Shown: positions 37,920 to 44,439 of the stretch, piece by piece
Numbering within the stretch: position 1 is the stretch's first letter
Layout of the letters: every line of letters begins with the position of its first letter
Source of the DNA: Syntrophomonadaceae bacterium
GTDB taxonomy: Bacteria > Bacillota > DSM-12270 > Thermacetogeniales > Thermacetogeniaceae
Length of the DNA stretch: 62,428 nucleotides
Direction of reading: 5' to 3'
Assembly (NCBI GenBank): GCA_012840405.1
Contig: DULM01000128.1
Span: forward strand, 1-62,428
Position numbers and translations under genes: made by a program
The notes under the pieces: generated by a model
Seen by the model: the letters and a program-made list of their open reading frames with translations, nothing else
What the model was told of the DNA's origin: nothing
The model's database searches: none

Positions 37920-38408
37920 TCATTTTTCAGGATACCGTGACAACTCCCTCCCTGGCCGCCGTTCGGAAGAAAGCTGTTTTAGTTTGCTGCTATCCTCTCC
38001 AGCTGATTCTCCCTTAGCACCATCCCCTACTAAGGAAAGCAAAGTGGACAGCAGCTGTGGACTGACACTTTTCCCCGATTTCTGCAGCATGCCTGCCAGC
38101 ATTTCCGGCCCCATTTTTTGCCCTGAGGACAACATACCGCTCAACATAGCTAACAAATCTTTTCCCCCGGCTGTCCCTAAACCAGCAGACCTTGTTTCCC
38201 TGGCCATATTTACAATATCCATCAATGTAAATAAAGAAAGCACAGTTATCGTTTCTGAAAGATCCACCTGCTTTTTGTCCAGCAGTTCAAAGGTCCTAGC
38301 TACAAGCGACATAACACTGACATCACGCCCGCCTAAATCCTGCTCCCCACCCAAAGGATCATCTCCTTTAAAGCACATTTTTAAAAACATTCTCTTTATT
38401 GTATTCAC
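37920..38408 (-). CDS. Hypothetical protein
   Basis: 162-aa ORF in the same orientation as its neighbours, separated from them by 22-27 nt. M/L/G/S-rich repeats (LLAMLSGMLSSGQKMGPEMLAGMLQKSG). No recognisable domain. Confidence 0.4.
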   Translation of the reverse strand: MNTIKRMFLKMCFKGDDPLGGEQDLGGRDVSVMSLVARTFELLDKKQVDLSETITVLSLFTLMDIVNMARETRSAGLGTAGGKDLLAMLSGMLSSGQKMGPEMLAGMLQKSGKSVSPQLLSTLLSLVGDGAKGESAGEDSSKLKQLSSERRPGRELSRYPEK

Positions 38409-38435
38409 AAAACAACTGCAGGTTACCGAATCTAA

Positions 38436-38720
38436 TCAGTTACCCAGAAGTTTTTGTGCCTCTTTTTTTAGCAACTCGATCCCTTTCTGTAGGGCGTCAT
38501 CAACAGCTTCAGCAACTGAATTTTCCAATCTAGCAGGATTATTTACTAAACGCTGGTTTATTTTAACACTGAGCACCTGAAAACTGCCGCTTAAAACTAC
38601 AATAACACCCCTGTCTTTACTGGTCCCTTTTACTTCTTTGTCCCGTATCTGTTTTTCCAGCTTTTTTATGATAGAATTCAGCACACTTTTAGGAATTCTA
38701 TAGGCTTCTAGCTCAGACAT
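38436..38720 (-). CDS. YbaB/EbfC-like small nucleoid-associated protein paralog (divergent)
   Basis: Pattern KKLEKQIRDKEVKGTSKDRGVIVVLSGSFQVLSVKINQRLV...LENSVAEAVDDALQKG mirrors the YbaB core (E..V.G.AGGG.V.V...G......I...L.....LEDL..AA.NDA..K). Confidence 0.5.
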   Translation of the reverse strand: MSELEAYRIPKSVLNSIIKKLEKQIRDKEVKGTSKDRGVIVVLSGSFQVLSVKINQRLVNNPARLENSVAEAVDDALQKGIELLKKEAQKLLGN

Positions 38721-38745
38721 TGTCTATCCCTCCGGGTCATTAATT

Positions 38746-39030
38746 TTATGATTTGGGACTTTCATTAAAATCGGAAAGAAGGAGTAAGATCAGAATCAGG
38801 AAAAGGGTAAAAGGATTGGCCTCCCTCTTTTCTTGCCCTTCAAATAACTGCCGGGCATCTTGATTGCTGGCATTATGCTGCAGGGAAATGAATTCCTGAA
38901 CAGCTTCACTGGAAAGCAAATCTAGGATCCCATTAAGGGTATCAAGGATCAGATTACCTTTATGTCCCAGATAAGGACGAAAACTATTTAATACTTGAAG
39001 CGCATTCTTATCATACATGACAACCGCCAT
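38746..39030 (-). CDS. Hypothetical protein, paralog of 40088-40456, with a YjcZ-like hydrophobic tail
   Basis: YDKNALQVLNSFRPYLGHKGNLILDTLNGILDLLSSEAVQEF compares with YDEKALSVFQSLRPYLGPQGNGCLLALESILELLNSEPAKKA in the other copy. C-terminus is NPFTLFLILILLLLSDFNE. Confidence 0.5.
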   Translation of the reverse strand: MAVVMYDKNALQVLNSFRPYLGHKGNLILDTLNGILDLLSSEAVQEFISLQHNASNQDARQLFEGQEKREANPFTLFLILILLLLSDFNESPKS

Positions 39031-39066
39031 TTTCCTCCCCTTCTTTTGCTACCGTTTTGATAAAGA

Positions 39067-39095
39067 GAGGCCACACCGTAATTGTGGGTGGCCTC
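39067..39095 (-). terminator. Strong hairpin downstream of YjcZ-like copy 1 (possible terminator/attenuator)
   Basis: Minus strand reads GAGGCCACCCAC-AATTAC-GGTGTGGCCTC followed by TCTTTATC (poor T-run). Confidence 0.4.
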
Positions 39096-39158
39096 CCAGC
39101 AAAACCGGTAAAAGGATTTGATACACCTTTCTTTAGTGGAGCTCAACTTTTATATCGG

Positions 39159-39260
39159 TTAGCATATGTCCCCGAAGAAAAGCAGAATCAGAATCAGGAA
39201 TAAGATCAGTGCGAATTTACCATCAAATCCCCGGCCAAAACCAAATCCCTTGGATTCCAT
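39159..39260 (-). CDS. YjcZ-family tiny sporulation membrane peptide, copy 1 (33 aa)
   Basis: Hand-translated and not in the track: MESKGFGFGRGFDGKFALILFLILILLFFGDIC. GGAGGGATGG RBS. Confidence 0.75.
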   Translation of the reverse strand: MESKGFGFGRGFDGKFALILFLILILLFFGDIC

Positions 39261-39326
39261 TACCATCCCTCCATTCTTAAATGCGGGCAAATACCAGCTA
39301 CCCTAAAATAAATCAGGTTTCTACAC

Positions 39327-39356
39327 CATAATATGTGTCTTGAGGAAAGGTGTTAC
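39327..39356 (-). promoter_or_regulatory. Sigma-K-like promoter of YjcZ-like copy 1
   Basis: Minus strand reads GTAACAC-CTTTCCTCAAGACA-CATATTATG (AC-N16-CATAnnnTg). Confidence 0.4.
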
Positions 39357-39391
39357 AAGTTTTTAGATTTGACAGCTAATGTGCGTGATCT

Positions 39392-39418
39392 AAAAGCACC
39401 CGTCCTAAACGGGTGCCT
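39392..39418 (-). terminator. Rho-independent terminator after YjcZ-like copy 2
   Basis: Minus strand reads GCACCCG-TTTAGGA-CGGGTGC followed by TTTTAG. Confidence 0.6.
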
Positions 39419-39426
39419 TACCTATT

Positions 39427-39513
39427 TTAGTTGTCACCGAAGAAGAGCAAAATCAGAATCAAGAACAGTATAAACGCAATGTTATTTTTGAAACCAAAAC
39501 TCTGTGCCTCCAT
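39427..39513 (-). CDS. YjcZ-family tiny sporulation membrane peptide, copy 2 (28 aa)
   Basis: Hand-translated: MEAQSFGFKNNIAFILFLILILLFFGDN. GGAGGGATAATGG RBS. Confidence 0.75.
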   Translation of the reverse strand: MEAQSFGFKNNIAFILFLILILLFFGDN

Positions 39514-39574
39514 CCATTATCCCTCCTAATCTCAGCTGCGGACTTTCCTCAGCTGATTTGTAATCTTTCAACAC

Positions 39575-39604
39575 CATCATATGTTCTGTGAGGAAAGGTG
39601 TTAC
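39575..39604 (-). promoter_or_regulatory. Sigma-K-like promoter of YjcZ-like copy 2
   Basis: Minus strand reads GTAACAC-CTTTCCTCACAGAA-CATATGATG. Confidence 0.4.
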
Positions 39605-39624
39605 AAGTTTTTATGATCAGGAAT

Positions 39625-39705
39625 TTACTTTTTACCGAAGAAGAGCAGAATCAGTACTAGGAAGAGAATAAACGCAAAATTGTTATCGAAATTATTGAAA
39701 CTCAT
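39625..39705 (-). CDS. YjcZ-family tiny sporulation membrane peptide, copy 3 (26 aa)
   Basis: Hand-translated: MSFNNFDNNFAFILFLVLILLFFGKK. AGGAGGGATATAA RBS. Confidence 0.7.
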   Translation of the reverse strand: MSFNNFDNNFAFILFLVLILLFFGKK

Positions 39706-39784
39706 TTATATCCCTCCTGTTTTACTCCTGTTTTAAATCGGGTGTCATCTTTTATCGAGCGACTTCTCACTTTTCTATCTGCAC

Positions 39785-39814
39785 CATAATATGTTGTTTG
39801 AGGTAAAGTGTTAC
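39785..39814 (-). promoter_or_regulatory. Sigma-K-like promoter of YjcZ-like copy 3
   Basis: Minus strand reads GTAACAC-TTTACCTCAAACAA-CATATTATG. Confidence 0.4.
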
Positions 39815-39845
39815 AGTTAAACTAGTGATTTTGCCTTTGATAACT

Positions 39846-39869
39846 GCACCCGGGGAATACCCCGGGTGC
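39846..39869 (-). terminator. GC-rich hairpin after YjcZ-like copy 4 (no T-run)
   Basis: GCACCCGGGG-TATT-CCCCGGGTGC is a perfect 10-bp stem, 10 nt after the stop. Confidence 0.4.
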
Positions 39870-39878
39870 CATAGAATT

Positions 39879-39980
39879 TTAATTGTCACCGAAGAAGAGC
39901 AAAACCAGTATCAGGAAGAGAATAAAAGCCCAACTGTTAACTCCACATCCGCCGCCAAAACCAAATCCCTTAGATTCCAT
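39879..39980 (-). CDS. YjcZ-family tiny sporulation membrane peptide, copy 4 (33 aa)
   Basis: Hand-translated: MESKGFGFGGGCGVNSWAFILFLILVLLFFGDN. GGAGGGATAAT RBS. Confidence 0.75.
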   Translation of the reverse strand: MESKGFGFGGGCGVNSWAFILFLILVLLFFGDN

Positions 39981-40045
39981 ATTATCCCTCCAGTCTTAAT
40001 GCGGGTCTCAACTGTCACAATTCAACCCACATCAGTTTTCTACAC

Positions 40046-40075
40046 CATAATATGTTGTTCAAGGCAAAGTGTTAC
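40046..40075 (-). promoter_or_regulatory. Sigma-K-like promoter of YjcZ-like copy 4
   Basis: Minus strand reads GTAACAC-TTTGCCTTGAACAA-CATATTATG. Confidence 0.4.
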
Positions 40076-40087
40076 ATTTTTTACCTT

Positions 40088-40456
40088 TTATGCGTAAGTA
40101 TCATAATCCAAAATGTTTTGATTTTCTTCTGCTACCTCTTCGTTTTCTGTTTTTTTAACAGCCTTATTAGCTGACATAGGAGCATCAGCTAAAAATAACA
40201 AGGCTTGCAGTAGAAAAAGCTTAGCTGGGCTCAGATACTTAGGCTGTATACTCTCCAGTTCCAGGGCTCTAAACCCCTCCCCTGGGCCAAGGATTTTTAA
40301 AGAATCCAGCGCTTTTTTGGCCGGTTCACTGTTAAGCAACTCAAGTATGCTTTCCAGAGCGAGAAGACATCCATTTCCCTGAGGGCCCAAGTAGGGCCGC
40401 AGGCTTTGAAAAACTGAAAGCGCCTTTTCATCATAGGCAAAACCGCCCATCACCAA
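40088..40456 (-). CDS. Hypothetical protein, paralog of 38746-39030
   Basis: The N-terminal 60 aa align with the 94-aa paralog. Hydrophobic LFLLQALLFLA segment, then an acidic tail. Confidence 0.5.
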   Translation of the reverse strand: MVMGGFAYDEKALSVFQSLRPYLGPQGNGCLLALESILELLNSEPAKKALDSLKILGPGEGFRALELESIQPKYLSPAKLFLLQALLFLADAPMSANKAVKKTENEEVAEENQNILDYDTYA

Positions 40457-40517
40457 ATCCCCCCTTCATTTTTGTCATTGCTGTACCAGATAGTGCCATT
40501 AGCCTTTCTTTTTGTCC

Positions 40518-40547
40518 TATAATATGGGCTTTGATAGGAAGTGTTCC
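40518..40547 (-). promoter_or_regulatory. Sigma-K-like promoter of the 122-aa paralog
   Basis: Minus strand reads GGAACAC-TTCCTATCAAAGCC-CATATTATA, an exact CATA---TA with AC 16 nt upstream. Confidence 0.4.
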
Positions 40548-41428
40548 TATCTATTACCTAACAGCTTTTTCAAAGTTGGAAGCGCTTTCTCGGCTGCCTG
40601 GCGCCCTCTCTTTAATAGCTCAGGCACCCGTTCAAAATCCCCTAAGCTGGCATCAGAGGCAAGGGGGTCAATAACAAGATCAGCGAATTTTAGATCAAGC
40701 TGCGTGTTCTGCAGTGTCATAATATCGATGCTCCGCTGGATCACACGGATGATGGTCTCCGGTTCCTGTACACTCCCCATTTGTTTTAAACTCACCCCTA
40801 CTACAATACGGGCACCCAAATGGCGTGCCAGTTGAGCAGGCACCATTTCGGCAAGCCCACCATCTGTCAGCAGCGCCCCCTGGTAGGGAACTGGTTCAAA
40901 AACACCCGGAATGGCACAGCTTGCCTGGACAGCCAGGCCTAAGGGTGCATTGGGAAAATACAAAGTTTCCGGTGACAGGCTGATCATCTTATTGGAAAAC
41001 ACCACTTTTTTTCCGCTGCTCAGATCCACTGCCACCACACCAAAAGTCATTGGGATTTCATTTAAGCGTTTTTTCTTGGTAAGATTAACAACCAGTTCAC
41101 CGATCTTTTCCCCACTGAACAAGGCCCGTGGGGCCGCATCCAAAAAATTGGCCATATCCCTAAGGTTAGCCAACAAAAATCTGATAAAGGAATAGGGGTT
41201 AAAATTCCAAGAGAAGAGATCTTTTTTTTGCAAGCTCATTGACAATTCTCTCAGCACTGAAGGCTTTATGCCTGCAGCATAGAGAGCACCTACAAGACTG
41301 CCTGCACTGGTACCGGTCACAATAGCCGGTGAAATCCCGTTCTCTTCTAGGACCTCCAAGACACCGATGTGGGCTACCCCTAAGAGCCCCCCTCCCCCCA
41401 GAGCAATTCCTAAATCCGGATACTTCAT
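40547..41428 (-). CDS. Patatin-like phospholipase
   Basis: Oxyanion loop GIALGGGGLLGVAHIGVLE, nucleophile elbow GTSAGS (GxSxG) and catalytic Asp in LLTDGGL. Confidence 0.85.
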   Translation of the reverse strand: MKYPDLGIALGGGGLLGVAHIGVLEVLEENGISPAIVTGTSAGSLVGALYAAGIKPSVLRELSMSLQKKDLFSWNFNPYSFIRFLLANLRDMANFLDAAPRALFSGEKIGELVVNLTKKKRLNEIPMTFGVVAVDLSSGKKVVFSNKMISLSPETLYFPNAPLGLAVQASCAIPGVFEPVPYQGALLTDGGLAEMVPAQLARHLGARIVVGVSLKQMGSVQEPETIIRVIQRSIDIMTLQNTQLDLKFADLVIDPLASDASLGDFERVPELLKRGRQAAEKALPTLKKLLGNR

Positions 41429-42435
41429 ACCAGATCAACGCCTAACTTATCTAAAACAGTCTTAATGGGGTTGATAACCGTAAATTCTTCGGAGCCGGCA
41501 AAAAGCAAGCCCACGGCCCGGTTTTCCTCATCCAACACCAGGGAACCGCTGTCTCCTGCTTTTGACTTCAATTCACACATAATCTGGTCATGGAAACGCA
41601 CCACATCAGAACTGGAGCCCATAGATACATTTAAGGTAACATGGAAAGCGGTTACCTTCCCCTTGGTAACCCCTGAAGTGCGTCCGCTTTTTTTAACGGG
41701 CATTCCAGGCTCTGCCTCCACAATACCCCTAACAGGGCCCAACTCCAGGATTTCAGAACTGATTTCCTTTGGATCCACAGGACGGGCAACTGCACAATCC
41801 ACCAAATTTTCGGCCCCTACCTTTTCCAACCGCACCATGTAATTGGGCCGGAAGGCATGGATGACCGCATTGACAGCCCTGACTCCCATAGCAGCAACTC
41901 TACAGTCCGCAGACCTGCTGAACCGGTAAATGGGAATAAATCTTTCCAGGTGGCCTATTATGTCCTGTTCTGTTCCACCATCATAGACACCTGGCTGGTA
42001 TATGGGATCCCCGGGCATTGATCTCCCATCAATGCCATCAGTGGAATTAGCTAAAACATGGTTATTGGAAAGGATCAGTAACTGCCCAGTCTCCCGGTCC
42101 CGTACCACAGCCCCAAAGGTTCCGGCAGTAACTTTATAATGGCCGATACTGGATCCGGGAAGGGCTGGCCGCAGTTTTTCTGTCCGGCCAAGAAAGCGTA
42201 TCTCCCCAACTTCAATTACATCTGTACAGCTGCGTCCGATACGCTTGGGAACACGCTCATCAACTGCCAGAGCTTCGACAGGCACTTTTTTCTCAACAAA
42301 AAATAGGATAGCTGGCTCATCGGTGTCCTGTCTGCCGCGCTTTTTATAGCCGACTCCCACGCCGATTACATTGGGAAGTTCTGTATAGCGCTCTTTGGCA
42401 ATCCCTAGGGAACGCATCAGCTTCCGCATATCCAT
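41425..42435 (-). CDS. Chymotrypsin-fold (S1-like) serine protease
   Basis: Triad candidates in the order H-D-S: SNNHVLAN (His), VDCAVAR (Asp), AGDSGSLV (Ser). A 4-nt ATGA-type overlap couples it to the patatin gene. Confidence 0.6.
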   Translation of the reverse strand: MDMRKLMRSLGIAKERYTELPNVIGVGVGYKKRGRQDTDEPAILFFVEKKVPVEALAVDERVPKRIGRSCTDVIEVGEIRFLGRTEKLRPALPGSSIGHYKVTAGTFGAVVRDRETGQLLILSNNHVLANSTDGIDGRSMPGDPIYQPGVYDGGTEQDIIGHLERFIPIYRFSRSADCRVAAMGVRAVNAVIHAFRPNYMVRLEKVGAENLVDCAVARPVDPKEISSEILELGPVRGIVEAEPGMPVKKSGRTSGVTKGKVTAFHVTLNVSMGSSSDVVRFHDQIMCELKSKAGDSGSLVLDEENRAVGLLFAGSEEFTVINPIKTVLDKLGVDLV

Positions 42436-42679
42436 CCTCCCCTCCTCCTTTTTGTCAATTCAGTATATTCAAGGGAAGGGGGTAAAGGTGTCTATTAATG
42501 CACTAAAGGGTTATATGTGCTTTATTGTTGCATTGATAAGTAAAAAAACAATGTATCAGATGAATTAAAGCAGGAATATGATGGAGAGAAAATCAGAACC
42601 CCGCCGAACAGACGCAGACATCAGTGTTAGGAGGATAATGCTTTATTGATTGACAATTGCCGGAAGGAAGGTGTTAATA

Positions 42680-42904
42680 GTGAAGAAAGAAGAAGGGGGA
42701 AACAGATCTATACCCCTTGAGGGGCCAACGAAATTCAGGTTACAGCATACCTGGAATCCGGTAGAGGATTTAAAAGAAAAAGAAAGGGACCAACTTCTCA
42801 AAGAAATCAACTCCTCCCTTAAAAACATTGAAAAAACTTTGGAGCGCATAGAAAATCTGTTCAGATTCAAACTCTTTAATACTGAAACAAATACTTCAGA
42901 ATAA
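42680..42904 (+). CDS. Hypothetical small coiled-coil protein (74 aa from GTG)
   Basis: GGAAGGAAGGTG RBS lies 6 nt before the GTG. The track start (TTG at 42650) coincides with a TTGACA box and is doubtful. No family recognised. Confidence 0.3.
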   Translation: MKKEEGGNRSIPLEGPTKFRLQHTWNPVEDLKEKERDQLLKEINSSLKNIEKTLERIENLFRFKLFNTETNTSE

Positions 42905-42921
42905 ATAATTCCGTAGATCAG

Positions 42922-43012
42922 TTCTCTCAACAACCCAAACTTACGGGCTTATAAAGCTTTCATTGGCCAATAACAAGTCTAGGCGTCTTCTCCCAACAAC
43001 CCAAACTTATGG
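42922..43012. repeat. 25-bp A/C-rich direct repeat pair spaced 66 bp
   Basis: TTCTC(T/C)CAACAACCCAAACTTA(C/T)GG occurs at 42922-42946 and 42988-43012. Confidence 0.7.
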
Positions 43013-43013
43013 A

Positions 43014-43046
43014 CCAAAAAAAGGGGCAACCTATCCGGTTTGCCCC
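43014..43046 (-). terminator. Rho-independent terminator after the Cys-rich gene
   Basis: Minus strand reads GGGGCAA-ACCGGATAGG-TTGCCCC followed by TTTTTTTGG. Confidence 0.65.
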
Positions 43047-43097
43047 TCAGGCATTCCTGTCAAATACTTTGCAAATTTTTTGCAAAATATGAACTGT

Positions 43098-43895
43098 CTA
43101 CCCTGAAACTACATTATTGCATTCAGGTATCATTTGGGGTGCACCAAATTCCCTTTTCACCACAATATCCCGATCACTTGGATATTTCCCGCCATAGGGC
43201 CTGATAGCAGATACCAGCAGGTTTTCGTGCTTCCACAGCTTGTTGACAAGTTTAAATACTATTCTTATTCTTGGATTTGCTGTGTCAATGATGTCGCATT
43301 TCTTAATCTCGATATCCAGACAGGAGCCATCGATCTTCCTGACAATATCTTGGAAAGCCCTTTTCCCCGCTGCGGTGTTGGGGAAACCTTCGCCCCCGGG
43401 GAAAGTGAAGAAATCAAAGAAATTACACTTTCTGAAAACCTCTGATTGACAGACCACAAAGGTGGTGTCACACCTGACAACAGCCTGGAAGCCAACCCTG
43501 ATATCCACACCATCACAATCAGGCTGCAGTTCTGCACTGGCACAGGTTACAAAGGCCTCACAGCTCACAGGTTCAAAAGGTCCCACCAGTGAACCCCGGC
43601 AGGAGGCTGTTCCATCACACAGACAAACCGGGATATCCACATACTGATTATCCATGGCGCAGATCAACAGCACATCCTGGACACAGATCATATGACACTC
43701 ACAGTCCAGTTGTTCAAACTTGCCGGTGATCCCCCATCTAGCCCTGTTGTTGGCAGTCAGGACCTTGCAGCACTCCGCACAGTTTGGATCAAGCCCAAAG
43801 CATGGTGGCATATGTAAAGATTCGGCATCTTGTACTTCAGGATCGGGATTGCACTCTCTACACTCTTTATTACTCACAGCACTTACCTCCTTCAT
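43098..43895 (-). CDS. Cysteine-rich orphan protein (about 22 Cys in 265 aa)
   Basis: Long ORF with a sigma-K-like promoter and its own terminator. Cys is clustered in the N-terminal 170 aa (CRECN..., CAECC, CECHMIC, CLCDGTASC). No recognisable family. Confidence 0.5.
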   Translation of the reverse strand: MKEVSAVSNKECRECNPDPEVQDAESLHMPPCFGLDPNCAECCKVLTANNRARWGITGKFEQLDCECHMICVQDVLLICAMDNQYVDIPVCLCDGTASCRGSLVGPFEPVSCEAFVTCASAELQPDCDGVDIRVGFQAVVRCDTTFVVCQSEVFRKCNFFDFFTFPGGEGFPNTAAGKRAFQDIVRKIDGSCLDIEIKKCDIIDTANPRIRIVFKLVNKLWKHENLLVSAIRPYGGKYPSDRDIVVKREFGAPQMIPECNNVVSG

Positions 43896-43948
43896 GATGA
43901 CAATTTCAAATTTTAACCACAGCAGGATCTACTCTGCTGTTTTTATTC

Positions 43949-43979
43949 CAGTATATGGCTGCTGCTGAAAGAGTGTTAC
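43949..43979 (-). promoter_or_regulatory. Sigma-K-like promoter of the Cys-rich gene
   Basis: Minus strand reads GTAACAC-TCTTTCAGCAGCAGC-CATATACTG. Confidence 0.4.
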
Positions 43980-44046
43980 CCCAATCCTGACAAAAAAAAA
44001 CCTTCGGATCTATCCGAAGGGAAGTTGATTCATCGATTACCGCCGC

Positions 44047-44322
44047 TTATCCGCGGCCTGCTGCTATCTTAATCTCTCCATCATCGCGAAAGACAGTCAA
44101 TTCGACACTTTCTGTGAGCACATCTGTATAACTAAACGAAACTCGTCGCTGTGTTCTTTTTTCATCGAGCTTTATAACAAAAATATTGGGATAGGTGCGT
44201 TCCAAGACTCCCTCTCGCTCAACAACCCTGTTTCTACCTTTAAATGATTTGAGCTTAACTCTCGTACCCACAAAGGAATCCAGGTCCTGCTTGATCTCAG
44301 CCAGCACATCTTTAGTAGCCAT
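44047..44322 (-). CDS. veg: Veg protein
   Basis: MATKDVLAEIKQDLDSFVGTRVKLKSFKGRNRVVEREGVLERTYPNIFVIKLDE...SFSYTDVLTESVEL shows full-length similarity to B. subtilis Veg. Confidence 0.9.
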   Translation of the reverse strand: MATKDVLAEIKQDLDSFVGTRVKLKSFKGRNRVVEREGVLERTYPNIFVIKLDEKRTQRRVSFSYTDVLTESVELTVFRDDGEIKIAAGRG

Positions 44323-44439
44323 GAGTATCACCTTCTCAATCATTTTAGCTACTCCGAAAAATACTTCATAATATTATATCAATATGAGAATCTCATGTCA
44401 AACCTTTTTTAGTTTGTTTTTCTAACAATATTAACCACT

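Noticed and set aside
37984-38580. 198-aa plus-strand ORF
   Set aside because: It is antisense to two minus-strand ORFs, one of them YbaB-like. The sequence is Ser/Pro-rich and low-complexity, with no RBS, and runs against the orientation of the surrounding operon.
42650-42679. Track start (TTG at 42650) for the 84-aa plus-strand ORF
   Set aside because: That TTG is the first base of a TTGACA -35-like hexamer followed 18 nt later by TTAATA. A GTG at 42680 with a GGAAGGAAGGTG RBS is more plausible, and the ORF itself remains low confidence.
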